Counted from the stretch's first letter, positions 1 to 12,419 are shown. The stretch is 64,000 bases of DNA from Narcine bancroftii (GCF_036971445.1 NC_091480.1:99324001-99388000); one strand, 5' to 3'. Made by a program: numbers and translations. The notes: generated from the letters alone by a model not told the origin.

Positions 1-428
1 GGACTTCAGGAATGGAGTTCCAGGGAAAGGTTAAATAGGTGAGGACTTTATTTCATGGAGGGTAGAAGAATGAGGGGAGATTTGATAGAGGGATTTAAAA
101 TTATGAGGGGGATAAACAGAGTAAATGTAGACAGGCTTTTTCCACTGAGGGTAGGTGAGATATAAAGCAGAGGACATGGGTTAAGGGTGAAAGGGGAAAA
201 GTTTAGGGGGAACTTCTTCACACAGAGAGTGGTGGGAGTATGGAACGAGCTTCCAGCTGAAGCAGTGAATGTGGGCTCACTTTTAACATTTATGAGGAAT
301 TTGGACAGGTACATGGATGGGAGAGGTATGGAGGGTGCAGGTCAGTGGGAATAGGCAAAAAAAAAGGTTTGGTGCAGATTAGAAGGGCCGAAGAGGCCTG
401 TTTCTGTGCTGTAATGTTCTATGGTTCT
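1..428 (+). mobile_element. CR1/HER1-like LINE 3' end fragment
   Basis: Degenerate ORF2 tail (RRMRGDLIEGFKIMRGINRV...GNFFTQRVVGVWNELP) and a TGTTCTATGGTTCT-type 3' tail; similar to the 3' end of the young copy at 58.2-60.2 kb. Confidence 0.8.
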
Positions 429-979
429 GCCCTCTGTATGAAGTGCCCTCTAATGTTCCCTTTAAATATTTCACCCTTCCCCCCTTAACCCATGCCCTCT
501 AGTTCTTTTCAACCCTAACCCCAAAGGAAAAAGCTTGCTTGTATTTCTATAACCATCATAATTTTGTACATCTCTATCAAATCTCCCCTCATTTTCTGAT
601 GCTCCAGGAAATGAAGTCCTAACCTGCAACTCAGTTCAAGTCCCATCAACATTCTTGCAAATCTTCTCTGCACTCTTTCACTCTGTGGCCTGAGTGTTGT
701 TAGACTTCAGCAGTCAGAGTAGTGGAGCAGGGATGGGGGGGGTGAGGTGGTGGAGGACAGGTTATTGGCCAAGGAGATCATTGACACTGGTTCATTTGTC
801 CCTCCAGTGAGTTGGGAAGATTTCACAGAGCCAGGGTTAGAGATATGTTGACAGTGCCTTGTGGTACTTGCTATTAGAAGACCAGGACACAGAAATATAC
901 AGGTAGACAGGGATCACTGCTGTCCTGTGGATCATGACTATAGAATCAGGTCTACAGCACTAAAATAATGGACAGAAGC

Positions 980-1081
980 TGGCACACAGGGGTAGTAAAT
1001 GCTCCTCCTTTCACATCTCATTCATGTGTGTGGCACACAGGGGTAGTAAATGCTCCTCCTTTCACACCTCATTCATGTGTG
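980..1081. repeat. 51-bp tandem duplication, 2 copies
   Basis: tggcacacaggggtagtaaatgctcctcctttcaca(t/c)ctcattcatgtgtg at 980-1030 and 1031-1081, one mismatch. Confidence 0.9.
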
Positions 1082-3302
1082 ACAAATGCCCTCCAATTAT
1101 TGTTGGATCATTAGGTCATTTGCTTCACTTTAACAAAAGGATCAAAAATAAGGTGGAAGAAAGCTCAGAAAAGATTCTCAAGATTCTTACCACGACTATT
1201 GGAGACTGAGTTATAAGGAGACATTGGATGGGACATTTTTTTTCCCTGGGGCATAGGTGAGGTTTATAACATCAGGAGGTGGATGGCCAATCTTTTTATC
1301 GTGATTGAGGAGTCTAAAGTTTAATTTCAAGTTCATTATTGTCTGACTGTAGATACCCAGCTAGGATGCATTGGTTTAAAAGTGAGAGGAGAACGCTTTA
1401 AAAGGTACCGGTGGAAAACTTTTTCACTAAAAGGGTAGTGGGTGTAGGAATGAGCAGTCCGAGAACATTGAAACAGAAACCATTTAAAAAAATGTTTAGG
1501 CAGGTACTTGGATAGGAAAGATTTGGAGGGATGTGGCCCAATGCAGGTAAATAAGACTAACTCAGATGTATAACCTTGTCAGCTTGGACAAGTTGGGCCA
1601 AGGGGCCAGTTTACATATTCTCTCTATAGCTCTGTGACTCTATGACCTTATATTGGTGAAAGCAATAAAGTGCCATGATTAGATAATGCCTGTGTAAACA
1701 TAGATGGGGCTATTAACTCTATTTAATTTGTGCTTTAGTGAAAGTCACTTATCATCACCCACCCCGCTCTTGAAAAGGAGAAGCAGAGGAGACATCCCTA
1801 CAGAATGGTGACATAGCAGCAGACCAACAAGGGGTTCAGCAGCAGAAGGTCCCACACAGGCTGTGGGAGATTGAACAGAAGTCTACACAGCTGCATCAGC
1901 TGCGGGAGCACTGGAGGCAAATCCACAGGTACTCAGTGACTTTCTTGCTTCTCTTTCTCTCTTACTGTAAGGAGCGCCAGGCAATACTAATGGCAACTGT
2001 TTGTCTGCCTTAAGGCAGGCAGTATGTAATCTTGTGTAATATTATGATTTGCACTGAATCAAGAAAAACAACCCAGGTAACTGAGTTGTGGGATTTGGTT
2101 TAAGGAAGCAGTACTTGACTGCCCTCTGTAGGTTTACACACCTAAGTACCCTCAGGCACAAATGCCACGATCATCAGGGAAGTGGCCCAAAACTGAAACA
2201 TAAGGTGAAGGAACAGACCTGGGTCAGCAATGACAACATTGGATATCCAGGGAAATTAGAAGCAATTATTTGAATAGGGAAGGATGTGTCCAACATGGTG
2301 ATATAAAGAGAAACAAGGAAGTCTGCAGACTCCGATTGTAGTAAATACACAAAACTCAGCAGCTCCTGCAGAGTCCTTAGAAGGCAAAGATATACAACCA
2401 ATATTTCAGGCCTGAGCCCTTCTTCAAGGTAAATGATGTAATGTGGTGTTACAAAGTTCCTGAATCAACAAAAAAAATTTAAATTAAATTTCCAAATTTA
2501 GGTGCAGTTGGCAAGGCCAGCATTTACTCTCCATCTCTAGGTGAATGTTGATGCGTTGGAGATTTGGATTGTGACCTGAATGATATTGAAGCACGAGCAA
2601 GGATATGCATCCTTGGAGAGTTATAGCTATAGACACATAGAACCAAGGGATGGACCTAAAGTCGACAGGGAAGGTAAAAGGTCTGCAAATATCACCAAAC
2701 ACACCTGAGCACTGCCATAAAGTCAAAGCCGGAACAATTAGTGTTACCGTCCATTCATATGACAAATGAGAATTCTTTGAATTCATGAATTCTTCTAATA
2801 TTTCTAGTCAGGAATACTTGGAGAACTGCATCATGTTTTGGTGAGGGTTACTGAGGCTTTGGAAGGGGTGGAGGAGAAGCTTAGAAGCAACATGACATCA
2901 AGATCATCAATAAGCTAGAAAAAAACTTTTGAGAAATATAATCTTTAAAGTGCGCTGAAGAGATGAAGTGATTAGTTTGCTTTCATGTTGGGAATGCATT
3001 TCCATTAGATAGGACCAGGATTTTTAGAGTCATTTTAACGGAGATATCAGCTCAGGAATATTGGGAAGGGCTGTTGGTTTTGTCAGGGTTATTGATTTGC
3101 CGAAGTATCTTCACCTTGAAGAAATTCTGTGGACTCCTCACAATAGCCAAACTTGGCAAAGGCCATTTCCAACAATCAATCATTTACACTGGACTATGAA
3201 GATTTTGACTCCTGAATATTTTGGCTACTGATTACAAAAATTACCTTGAAAAATTCTTATTTCATGCCTTTTTTAGGTATAACCTATTTTTGTGTACCCT
3301 GT

Positions 3303-3565
3303 CATACATCAACCAAACGTGCAACATGTTTCATTTTCTTCATTCGCACTTAGACTTCTTCCTTGCAGATCTTGGTGCAGTGACGAACATGCTGAAAGGT
3401 TTCACCAAGACATTGTGACCATGGAAAAGTGTTATCAAGGCAACTGGAATCCATAAATGCTGACCAGCTATTAATTGACACTGACGCGAGGGGCATCAGA
3501 TGCTGAGTACAAATTAAAATCAACAGCAAAACATTGTTAGGTCAGTTGAACTAATGCAATGTGTT
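3303..3565 (+). mobile_element. Degraded C-terminal fragment of a CMC-superfamily (Chapaev3-like) transposase
   Basis: Translates, with frameshifts and stops, to CNM..HFLHSHLDFFLADLGAV.DEHAERFHQDIVTMEKCYQGNWNP*ML..Y..TL.R.ASDAEYK, the conserved HFLHSHLDFF...ERFHQDI..MEKRYQG tail; family name assigned from memory. Confidence 0.7.
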
Positions 3566-4249
3566 ATCAGGCCTTGATGAAGACCTCAAGCCCAAACTTT
3601 GGTTCTGTATCTTTGCTAGATAAAGCACACCGTTTGATCTGCTGAGTTTCTCCAGCATTGTGCTTTTACTTCAACCATGGTGTCTGCAGACTTTCGTGTT
3701 TATTTCTCACATGGACTTCCCCGACACACTGAGCAAGGATATCTGACTGTAGACCTGGAATATCTCTGTAGATCCTGCACAGGTACTGTTCTTCACCAGC
3801 TTATCTGGGTCTCACTGACTTCAGGGTAGCACTTACCCATCTCAACCACCACGATCTCCCTGCCTATGCCTTTTCCACCTCCTTCCCCACTTCCACCAAT
3901 TGCTCCAGCATCCATTCAGAGTAGCAACACTGTCCAGTAGCCAGAAGAGTGCTGCTTGTATTGTCGTACATCTCTTTCAGAGACACAATTGCTTGGCTAA
4001 CTGAGACTTGTACCAGGCCAAACACTTATGCAGCATTAAAAAGAGAAATTCCACAGTTCTGTTCTGTGAAGCTTGTAATTGAAAATTCTGAAGTGAATGG
4101 GAACTTTTACAAACAGCGTGAGAGGTGGTAACAACAATAAAACATTAACCCTGATTCTGTCTGCCATGCAGGGCATTCCATTTTCTGTGTTCAGATTTCC
4201 AGCAAATGCAGCAATTTGCTTTTGTGGCATTTTAAGATGTCATCAGAAT

Positions 4250-4880
4250 TAGAATCAAAATCAGGTTCATTGCCTGATGTGTCATGAAATTTGTTGTTTT
4301 ATAGCAGTATTGTGCAGAACAAGGTGCAAAATTACCGACAAATTACAATTCCACAGATACAAGATTTAAAATAGAATAACTAGTGCAAGAAAAAAGAATA
4401 AGTGTGATGGTGTCCTTAGGTTCATTGTCTGTGGAGAAATCTGATGATGGAAGGGAAGAAACTCTTTGTGCAACTTTGAGTGTGTATCTTCAGGTTCCTA
4501 TACCTCCTTCCTGATGGTAGTATTGAGAAGAGGGCATGGCCCTGGCTGGTGAGGATCCTTGATTTCTTGAGACACTGCCTCTTAAAGATGTCCTTAATGG
4601 AGTGAAGACAAATGCCCATGATGGCACTGGCCAAGTTCACAACCCTCTGTAGCCTGTTCCTGTCCTGTGCATTGGCATCTCCAGACCAGACAGTGTTGCA
4701 ACCAGTCAGAATGCTTTCCACAGTCCACCTTTAGAAATTTGCAAGAGTCTTTGATGACATACCAAATCTCTCCAACTCTTCACAAATTATAACCACTGGC
4801 GAACCTTCTTCATGATTGGATCAACGTGACGGCTCCAGGATAGGTCTTCAGAGATATTGACACTCAGGAATTTAAAGTCA
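4250..4880 (-). mobile_element. Rex1/Babar-like LINE 3' fragment
   Basis: ORF 4422-4721: ESILTGC.TVW.G....DR.RLQRVV...GHALFSILPSGRRYR.L...T....SFFP..IRFL, typical of the Rex1-clade C-terminus. Confidence 0.75.
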
Positions 4881-4961
4881 AATATCCACATGGATGTGGT
4901 TATCCATCCTTTAACTCTAACTAAACAATCATGAATCACTGAAAATATTTGGTTAACGCTC

Positions 4962-4967
4962 TTTATT
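4962..4967 (-). terminator. Candidate polyadenylation signal AATAAA for FAM187A (or for a CCDC103-FAM187A transcript)
   Basis: tttatt on + strand about 630 nt downstream of the FAM187A stop, in non-repetitive sequence. Confidence 0.5.
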
Positions 4968-5595
4968 AAATAAACCCATTGTGAAAATGAATAACAAAAC
5001 CTTCATGCATTGTAACTAAGGAACAGACACCAAACATACTTGCATCCCAGGGAAGCAATGTCCCAGAAGCTCCAGTTAGAACATCATCAGTATGCTTCAT
5101 TCCAATTGACAGTTGTGAATCCCAGATGTTCTGTAGAACGCTGCTGGGAGCGCAATAATGGTAATGATTAAAGATATTGCTATTTGTTGTCTTCTGTTGT
5201 TTGCTGTTGGTTTTCCACATGTGAAACTTTACTAGCTACCTAGGTTTGGAATTCTAACTCTTCCCAGTAGGTTGGTAACAAAAGTCAGTCTCCTTTAATG
5301 GTTAACTATATCGCTATCACATTTTGGCTAATGAGGTAAAGCCCCCCAAATCATAGCCCTAATTTCAGATAGCCATTTTAATCACTGTCGAGCTGATCTT
5401 TAATTTGGAGCATATATTTTATATTTACAAAAGGCTTGTGGACATGCAGCTAAACACCCAAACCACACAGGCATTTGGCCTAACCCTCCCTGTTGACAAC
5501 CAAACCCCCCAAGTCCCATTGACCAATAACACGATTCCACACAGACTTTGGCCAATTTCTTTGAGCAGGTAGTGGATAAATGTCTGCTTCCTGCA

Positions 5596-6843
5596 TTAAA
5601 AACAATCAAAATAATAATTGATGCATTTCATACATTTGATAAAGATAAATATTATCAGCAATATGAAGTAAGAGATGAGAATGGTTTTCATTGCAAAGAT
5701 CGACTCGGGATCCGTGAAATTTCTATGGATCCTCGGTGGAAGGCCAATCGTCAGCCTAATTCCAGCCACCATTTTGCCTTGTTTCCAGCAAAAATAGGTC
5801 CCAATGTCATTCAGCTGAAAGGCACGGAAGACTAGGTGATTGCCATGATCAATGTACATTCTCATGCTTTTGTTCACACCCATCATGTACTCCTGCCTGT
5901 AGAGCCGGAATTGCCCCTTGTCCCATGCTACTGCATGCTCTGCCTTGGCTCCAGGACAGGCAAGAGTTAAGGGGTATGATATGGGTTGGATATGTGTCTG
6001 CACTGGGATTTGGGGGATCTTTTTATTTTTGTCATTGGTGTATCCAAAAAGGTCGTAGCTGAACATCTGCCCTTCAACAGAAGGGTAACGTGTTGGGCAC
6101 TGCACAAAGCAGCTTCGCACCAGAATCTCCGCTCTTCGCTTCTTCAGTGTGGGCCAGTACCTGTAAGGGACAGCAGCAGACCCACAGGAAACTGCATCAT
6201 GCATGGTCCTCTTGTACCTGAGGTAGAGGTATGGGCTATGGAAATAACACAAGCCAATGCGCCGTTGCTCTGCTCTCACACCGCATCGATCACACACGGT
6301 CCAGTCCCAGTACAGCGTAAAGATCTTGTAGGTCTTTGTCTCCACATCCCCTTGGGGCTGCTCCTTCTGGTCCTGGAAAGTAATGTGCGCTTTGCGGTAA
6401 CTTTGCACGTCAATGTCGTAACCGTAGAAATAGTCACCCTTCACAGAGCCACACATGTAATGCCCCGAATCCTGGGGCTGAGCATTGAAAACCACCAGGC
6501 TAAACATCAAGATAGTGAACCGTGAGTTAATTTTGGACCCGGAACGTATTTGGGAAGAATCCAAGATCTTCGTTCCATTGAAGTCACTCAGCACCTTGGT
6601 GTATCCCTTGCCCAGTTTCTTTTGATAGTACCAGACCACCGAAGGCACGTCCTCAGGCTTACAGAGACAAGGGAGTTCAAAACTCATATCGGCCAGGTAG
6701 GCAGCATTCTGGAACAGTAAGAAGGCAGGGCAGGACTGTATCTTGAATATATCCTCTTTCTCTTCTATCACAAACTCACTACCAGAAGCAGGCAGAACCC
6801 ACAGAAGGGATAGGCACAAAACAACAATATGTGGGAGCAACAT
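5596..6843 (-). CDS. FAM187A: Ig-like V-type domain-containing protein FAM187A (type I membrane protein, 415 aa, single coding exon)
   Basis: Signal peptide; CPAFLLFQNAAYLADMSFELPCLCKP..VVWYYQK; DSGHYMC Ig motif; WDWTVCDRCGVRAEQRRIGLC; second Ig (LACPGAKAEHAVAWDK...DIGTYFCW); C-terminal TM helix; lies just downstream of CCDC103 as in mammals. Confidence 0.93.
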   Translation of the reverse strand: MLLPHIVVLCLSLLWVLPASGSEFVIEEKEDIFKIQSCPAFLLFQNAAYLADMSFELPCLCKPEDVPSVVWYYQKKLGKGYTKVLSDFNGTKILDSSQIRSGSKINSRFTILMFSLVVFNAQPQDSGHYMCGSVKGDYFYGYDIDVQSYRKAHITFQDQKEQPQGDVETKTYKIFTLYWDWTVCDRCGVRAEQRRIGLCYFHSPYLYLRYKRTMHDAVSCGSAAVPYRYWPTLKKRRAEILVRSCFVQCPTRYPSVEGQMFSYDLFGYTNDKNKKIPQIPVQTHIQPISYPLTLACPGAKAEHAVAWDKGQFRLYRQEYMMGVNKSMRMYIDHGNHLVFRAFQLNDIGTYFCWKQGKMVAGIRLTIGLPPRIHRNFTDPESIFAMKTILISYFILLIIFIFIKCMKCINYYFDCF

Positions 6844-7209
6844 TTTCTGATAGTCTGGCCCAATCTGGCTCCAGACTGAAAGGCAATGATGTGAAGACTA
6901 ACGGTTACATTCTAGAAGGAATAGATTTAGGTTCTAGAACATCTCCTTTATGAATAAAGAAAGTGCTTCTCCAATAGGAATTCCAGAGCTAATTTAGTGC
7001 TCAGATGCAAGTGCTGTTAGACACTGATGTTCTATGAAGAGGGATTGTGGAATACAGAGGGGGATTGGACTGCCGTTTAACTCAATCATCCCAGTTCTTG
7101 AATTGAACATCTTTTTCCTCCAATTTCTCAGCAATGTGAATCATTTTATCAAGAAAGATGTTGGCCTTCACTGTTTAACTCAAATTGAGAAATTGCAGCA
7201 CTGGTTGGA

Positions 7210-7346
7210 AGAGAGAAAGAGATATAGAGAAAGAGGGAGGGAGGGAGAGATAGAAAAAGGAGAGGAGGAAGGGAAAGAAGAGAGAGAGAAGGGAGAGGGA
7301 GAAAGAAGGGGAGAGAGAGAGAGAGACAAGAGGGAGGGAGAGAGAG
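7210..7346. repeat. GA-rich low-complexity polypurine tract
   Basis: Nearly pure G/A run (gagagaaagagatatagagaaagagggagggagggagaga...). Confidence 0.85.
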
Positions 7347-8789
7347 ATTTGTTTGACTGCAGCAAGTAAGAATTTTGGTGCATTTGTACATTGTACAATT
7401 TTATGACAATAAACTCATATTCATCACATTCACCTTGCTCAGGTCCTTTTTAAATCTTTCCCTGTTCAGCTAAAATCCAGCTTCAGATACCAGGAAAAAG
7501 ACTGTGACTCTGTAAGGTTCCCCCCCCACCCCCTCACCTTCTTATGCACAAAGAAGTTCCAGCCTATCCAGCCTCTCTTTAACTGAAGTAAAAACACAAT
7601 GCTGGAGAAACTCAGCAGGTCAAACTTTGTACTTTAGAGAGCAAAGATAAGGATAAAGAACCAACGTTTTTGGCCTTAGCCCTTCAAGATATGAGCAAAA
7701 TGTAGACTGGCAACTGATTAAAATGGTGGGGGGGGAGGAGCTCATAGTCCCACAGGCTGGAGGTTAATGTGGAGAAGGGAGGGCGGGCACACCAAAAAAT
7801 GCGAGGGTGGGGGGGGGGGGTTGGCTCTGTGAATGGAGGGAGGAGTGGATGGAGAGCTGAAGGGATGGAGACAGAGAGGGAGAATGGGGAGTGGTCTAGC
7901 AAAAACTGGATAAGTCAATGTTAATGACATTCAGTTAGAGAGTGCCCAGAAAGAATATTCATTTAAAAGCACAATGCTGGAGAAACTCAGCTGGTTAAAC
8001 AGTGCATTTTATAGAGCAAAGATAAAGATACTTAACCAACGTTTTGGCCTTGAGTCCTTCATCAAGGTATGAGCAAAATGTCACATTAGGTGTTGTTCCT
8101 CCAAATTGCAGGGGCAATGCAAACATAATTCAAATGAAACCTGCAGACTTGGTAACATTTTTGTGAGGGATAACTAGTTGCCACTTTCTCCTTTCATTAT
8201 CTGAAAGTTAAAATAACCAAATGAGTTCTGAAGGAGGAAAAATCATTTAAACTTCAGCACAAACAATTCCATCTCAACCATACCTGAACTATCTGGAATA
8301 TTAATGTATGCTGACACATTCAGGTGCCTTGCTGTTCAGCGTGGGTGATCATCTCTCCATCCATCACAATCTTGGACCCTCCAAGTTGTCGCTGTTGCCT
8401 CTCCTGTTCTTCTTTGGCGAAGGCTCCATCTTTGAGACCAATAGTTGATGTTGAGTTCGTGATTATTCAAGGGAAAATACTAAAGTGATTTCCTGTTGCC
8501 TTCTTCAGTTGCAGTGTCCGTACTGGACAGGTAATCCTGGCTATTGGTCATCAGATTCATCTGCCCAGCGTTTTTAGTTTTACGACCATAAATTTGAATT
8601 TGAAGAATCCGCTTGTAAAAACCATCTGCAATCCATGGCTTCCCGTGACCCTGAGTGGGAGGCTAAACAGGGACTACACCTTGCCCAAGGGTGACCTGTA
8701 GGCTATCGGACGGAAGGAGCGCCTTACACCTCCTTTTGCTGAGTAATTACGCAGCACCGACACCGCATGACACAGCGTGGTCTATATGG

Positions 8790-9655
8790 ATTCCCCAGGA
8801 GTCAGTGTTAGGGACACTTCTTTTTATGTTGTATATCAATGATTTAGATTTTGCAATCAATGGCTTTGTGGCCAAGTTTACAGATGATTCGAAGATAGGT
8901 GAAGAAGCAGGTAGTGTTGAGAAAATATAGACTGCAAAAGGGTTGAGGCAATTAGAATAAGCAGAGAAATGGCAAATGAAATACAATATTGGAAAGTGCA
9001 TTCATTTTGACAGAAGAAATAAATGGGCGGACTATTTTCTAAATTGGGAGAAAACTGAAAATACCCAGATGCGAAGGGACTTGGAAGTGGGTGGTGAAGA
9101 AGGCAAATCCAATGCTGGTGTTCCCTTCAAGAGGAATAGAAGAGCAGGGATGTGATATTGATGCTTTGTAAGTCACTGGTGAGACCTCGCTTGGAGAATT
9201 GTGAGCAATTTTGGGCTCCACATTTAAGAAAGGATATGCTGACATTAGGGAGGATTCAAAGAAAGTTCATAAGGATGATTCTGGGAATGATTGGTTTATC
9301 ATGTAAGGGGATCTCATCGAAACATTTTGAATATTGAAAGGCATGTACAGAGTAGATGTAGAAAGGTAGTTTCCCCTGGTGGGAGAAACAAAGACAAGAG
9401 GGCTTGGAGGGTGTCCACTTAGAACAGAAATGCAGAAACATTTCTTCAGCCAGAGGGTGGAGAATCTGTGGAATTTGCTCCTACAGGCACTTGTGGAGGC
9501 CATCATTGAATTTAAGGCAGAGATTGATAAGTTTTTGATTAGCCAGGGCATCAAAGGTTATGGGGAGAAGGCCGGGAAGTGGGGAAATGGATCAGCTCAT
9601 GATTAAATAGCAAGGAAGACAATGGCTGAATAGCCTATTTCTGCTCCTATGTCTA
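8790..9655 (+). mobile_element. CR1-like LINE RT/3' fragment, degraded
   Basis: PQESVLGTLLFMLYINDLD...KFTDDSKIG and LVRPRLENCEQFWAPHLRKD motifs. Confidence 0.8.
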
Positions 9656-9944
9656 ATATTAGAGCTGGAAGAGTTTGCCAGGGCTGAGAGGGAGACTAGA
9701 AAACCAGGAAAAAGAGAAAGATACCATTCCCTGAACAGGGAGGCAGGAACTGGCATTTGGAGCTTAGTACAGTATCTGTGCCACATACACCCCAAAGTGA
9801 AGGGTTCAGCAGCTTTAACAAATTGATAGGTATATTTAGAAACTTAACTGAGGAGAAAGAGAAGTATTGATAAATGTATTTTTCCTTATTTGAGTGATGG
9901 GTGGGAGATGTGGCTATCATCAATTTTCTTAAATATTTTAATTT

Positions 9945-10150
9945 AGACATCCAATAATTGGCCCTTCCAGCCCACGTGCCCGAACCCAATTAATCTACAA
10001 GCCTGTGTATTTTTGGAGGGTAGGAGGAAACCGGAGCGCTTGGAGTAAAACCATGCAGATACGGGAAGAACGTACAAAATCCTCACATGCGGAGGTTGAT
10101 TCGAACCCAGGTCGCTGATGCTGTAATAGTATTGCACTACACACTGCATT
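9945..10150 (-). mobile_element. tRNA-derived HE1/V-SINE-like SINE
   Basis: On minus strand: B-box GGGTTCGAATC followed by the central TTGTACGTTCTTCCCGT..CTCCGGTTTCCTCC domain. Confidence 0.65.
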
Positions 10151-10524
10151 ATTTTTCCCAGTCCCAGTGGTCAGTCTTCTCTCCCAGCTACTCTGAAATG
10201 GTCATGTCACTGCCAGTGATGGAGCCCGTATATCTACAAAACAACCAAGACATTACCCAACCAAGATGTGGCATGCTAACCATTTCATGTTCAAAGTCCT
10301 CACTGCATGTGGAGTGATGGTGCATACACAATTTTTCTGCTATGTGTAATGATTGGTTTATAATAGTAAAAAGTAAAATTATTTCAATAACATCTATCAG
10401 AGGAAGGTCAGCTACTATTTACATTGCAACCTGTAATAAAGCACATTGAAACTCAAGTATTAACAGAATATGACTGGTTGGGAGGTGCTCCAAGGTTAAT
10501 TATCTTCAATATAACTTTCCAACA

Positions 10525-10576
10525 TTACCCCTCCAAAAATCTTCGTCCGCGAAGCCAAGCCAAAGAAGAGAAAAAA
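10525..10576 (+). mobile_element. Extremely 5'-truncated RTE LINE insertion (about 52 bp) with 12-bp TSD
   Basis: Matches the 3' terminus of the RTE copies at 23817 and 43335 (ctcca.aaatcttcgtccgcgaagccaagccaaagaag); flanked by aactttccaaca at 10513-10524 and 10577-10588. Confidence 0.8.
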
Positions 10577-11410
10577 AACTTTCCAACAAATATCAATGCT
10601 TCAAAAAGCAGTTTAATTGATTTAATTTGAATTAGTAAAGCATGAAGCATAAATTCAGTGGAGTAAATTCTTTGCTTAAAGCAACCTGAAATGAAGAACA
10701 CCATAGATTGGAACTGACAACCCTGAAACACAAATAGACTGTGGTTAAAACCACAGTGCAAGCAACTGTCTGTTTCAGATGTGTACCACCCAGATGGGAC
10801 TAAGTGTTGAAGAGGGGAATTGACAAATCAAAAATACAATGGCTATTTGGGATACTTTACCCTGGGCTGCACATCCTCAATCTAATATGTTGCAGATCAA
10901 GGGATTACGGACACTTAAGAAATCAAGGGATGTGGGGATAAAACAAGAAAATAGAGTTGATGTTGAAATTCAGTCATGATCTTATTGAGAGGTATAACAA
11001 CCTCTTGTTGCTGGGTTTTTTTTCATTGCTTCTCACACTGTTAGAGAAACACAATATCTGCAGATGCTGGAATCTTGTGCAAAGAAATGCTGGAGGAACT
11101 CAGCAGGTCCAACAGCATCCATGGGTAGACGAGGCCAGTCAACATTTCGAGTGTGAACCTTTTATCAAGTCAAAAGTAGAAAAGGTGAAATTTCCCTCTT
11201 TACATATAGTAATTTCACCCATCCTATATGATTTTTGATAAAGTCTTCACACCCAAAATGTTAACTGACCATGGGTGCTGTCTGACCTGCTGAGTTCTTC
11301 CAGCAATTCTTTTTTTTTGTTTAGACTGACACTCCATTTAGAAAACAAAACCTCAGGAATTCACAAGAGTATGAAAAGCGAGAGACTAGTTCAGAGTTAT
11401 GAAGACTGGA

Positions 11411-11869
11411 CTAACTAAACTTATACAGCTTTGTTAATTGCTGGAGTGTTGCCATGCTCATTTCCTCCTCAGTAGCACATTCCTCTTTTGCATTTCCCTC
11501 AGGATCCATCTCGGTTTCACTTTGCTGCTGTAAAGCTCCACTCAGCTGCTGCTCCAGCACCTGAACCAACCTTCGGCCTTTCTCCCTCTCTCTGCTGCTC
11601 AGGAAATCTACACTCAGGCTGAACCGTTGAGTCTGAGAAAGATGCAGTAGGATCCAATAAATTGCTTCAGCATCACCCGGTTGTAAATGATCACAAAGTA
11701 TGACCAGAAATTCACCAAGGAGTCCGAATCCAATTTCAGCATGGAAAATTCTTCCCAAGAGCTGGGCACCTAAGGCGAGCAGGAAGGCATACTTCTCTGG
11801 TTCCGTACAATAGTACCTTCTCCAGTCTCGGCTAAACTCTGCTGCTGTCCTCGGCTGGGAATCTGTGGG
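11411..11869 (-). CDS. CCDC103: CCDC103/DNAAF19 last coding exon (RPAP3_C-like domain)
   Basis: QPRTAAEFSRDWRR...LGRIFHAEIGFGLLGEFLVIL...RFSLSVDFLSSRERE matches the CCDC103 C-terminal domain; acceptor ctaactcttcccaaatcacAG at 11871-11870 in phase 0; stop TAG at 11413-11411. Confidence 0.92.
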   Translation of the reverse strand, partial: PTDSQPRTAAEFSRDWRRYYCTEPEKYAFLLALGAQLLGRIFHAEIGFGLLGEFLVILCDHLQPGDAEAIYWILLHLSQTQRFSLSVDFLSSREREKGRRLVQVLEQQLSGALQQQSETEMDPEGNAKEECATEEEMSMATLQQLTKLYKFS

Positions 11870-12419
11870 CTGTGATTTGGGAAGAGTTAGCATGACAAGA
11901 CAATGGTTTCAAACAATGTTGTTTCAATCACAGTGGCAGTCAGGCAGTCTCAACCCCTTCCGTGGGGACGTGCTCAAAACAGAAAATGTGTCCATGACAC
12001 AATATTAATTTAGCAATCTCATTCAGTAGTTAAGACAAGTCAGCTGTTCTGAGTATGAAATTGAAGCAGGGTACCGAGATAGTGTAAATGGAGCTCCTCT
12101 ATACAGTAACAATAGTTGTCTGGAACAATGAAAATGGTGAGTATTAACTCTGGGTCTCTTGCAATGATATTAACAGTGACTGCCCCAATGGAAGGAAGCA
12201 GGAGAAAAAATATTCTGAGCTCAGTGATATGGAGACGGATTCACATTCAAAGAGCAGGGTGATACTATTACAGAATTCACCTCCCTACGCCAGGATTTAT
12301 CAGATACACAAACTAGCGCATCTCAATGCTACCAGGTAACAAGCAGGTAGGTGGGAGGGATGAGAGGTAACCAAGGGAATTAATTTGCTCCATGGCAAAT
12401 TAACACCTAGTACGAAACA

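Noticed and set aside
5986-6525. 179-aa plus-strand ORF
   Set aside because: Antisense shadow of the FAM187A CDS with no recognisable motifs
7034-7398. Glu/Arg-rich and Ser/Leu-rich ORFs
   Set aside because: Translations of the GA low-complexity tract
7655-8070. Hammerhead-like remnants in sense orientation between CCDC103 and FAM187A that might cut a bicistronic RNA
   Set aside because: Core residues are mutated (GAAA reads AAAA in both copies here; the copy near 11150 lacks G8), so activity is unlikely
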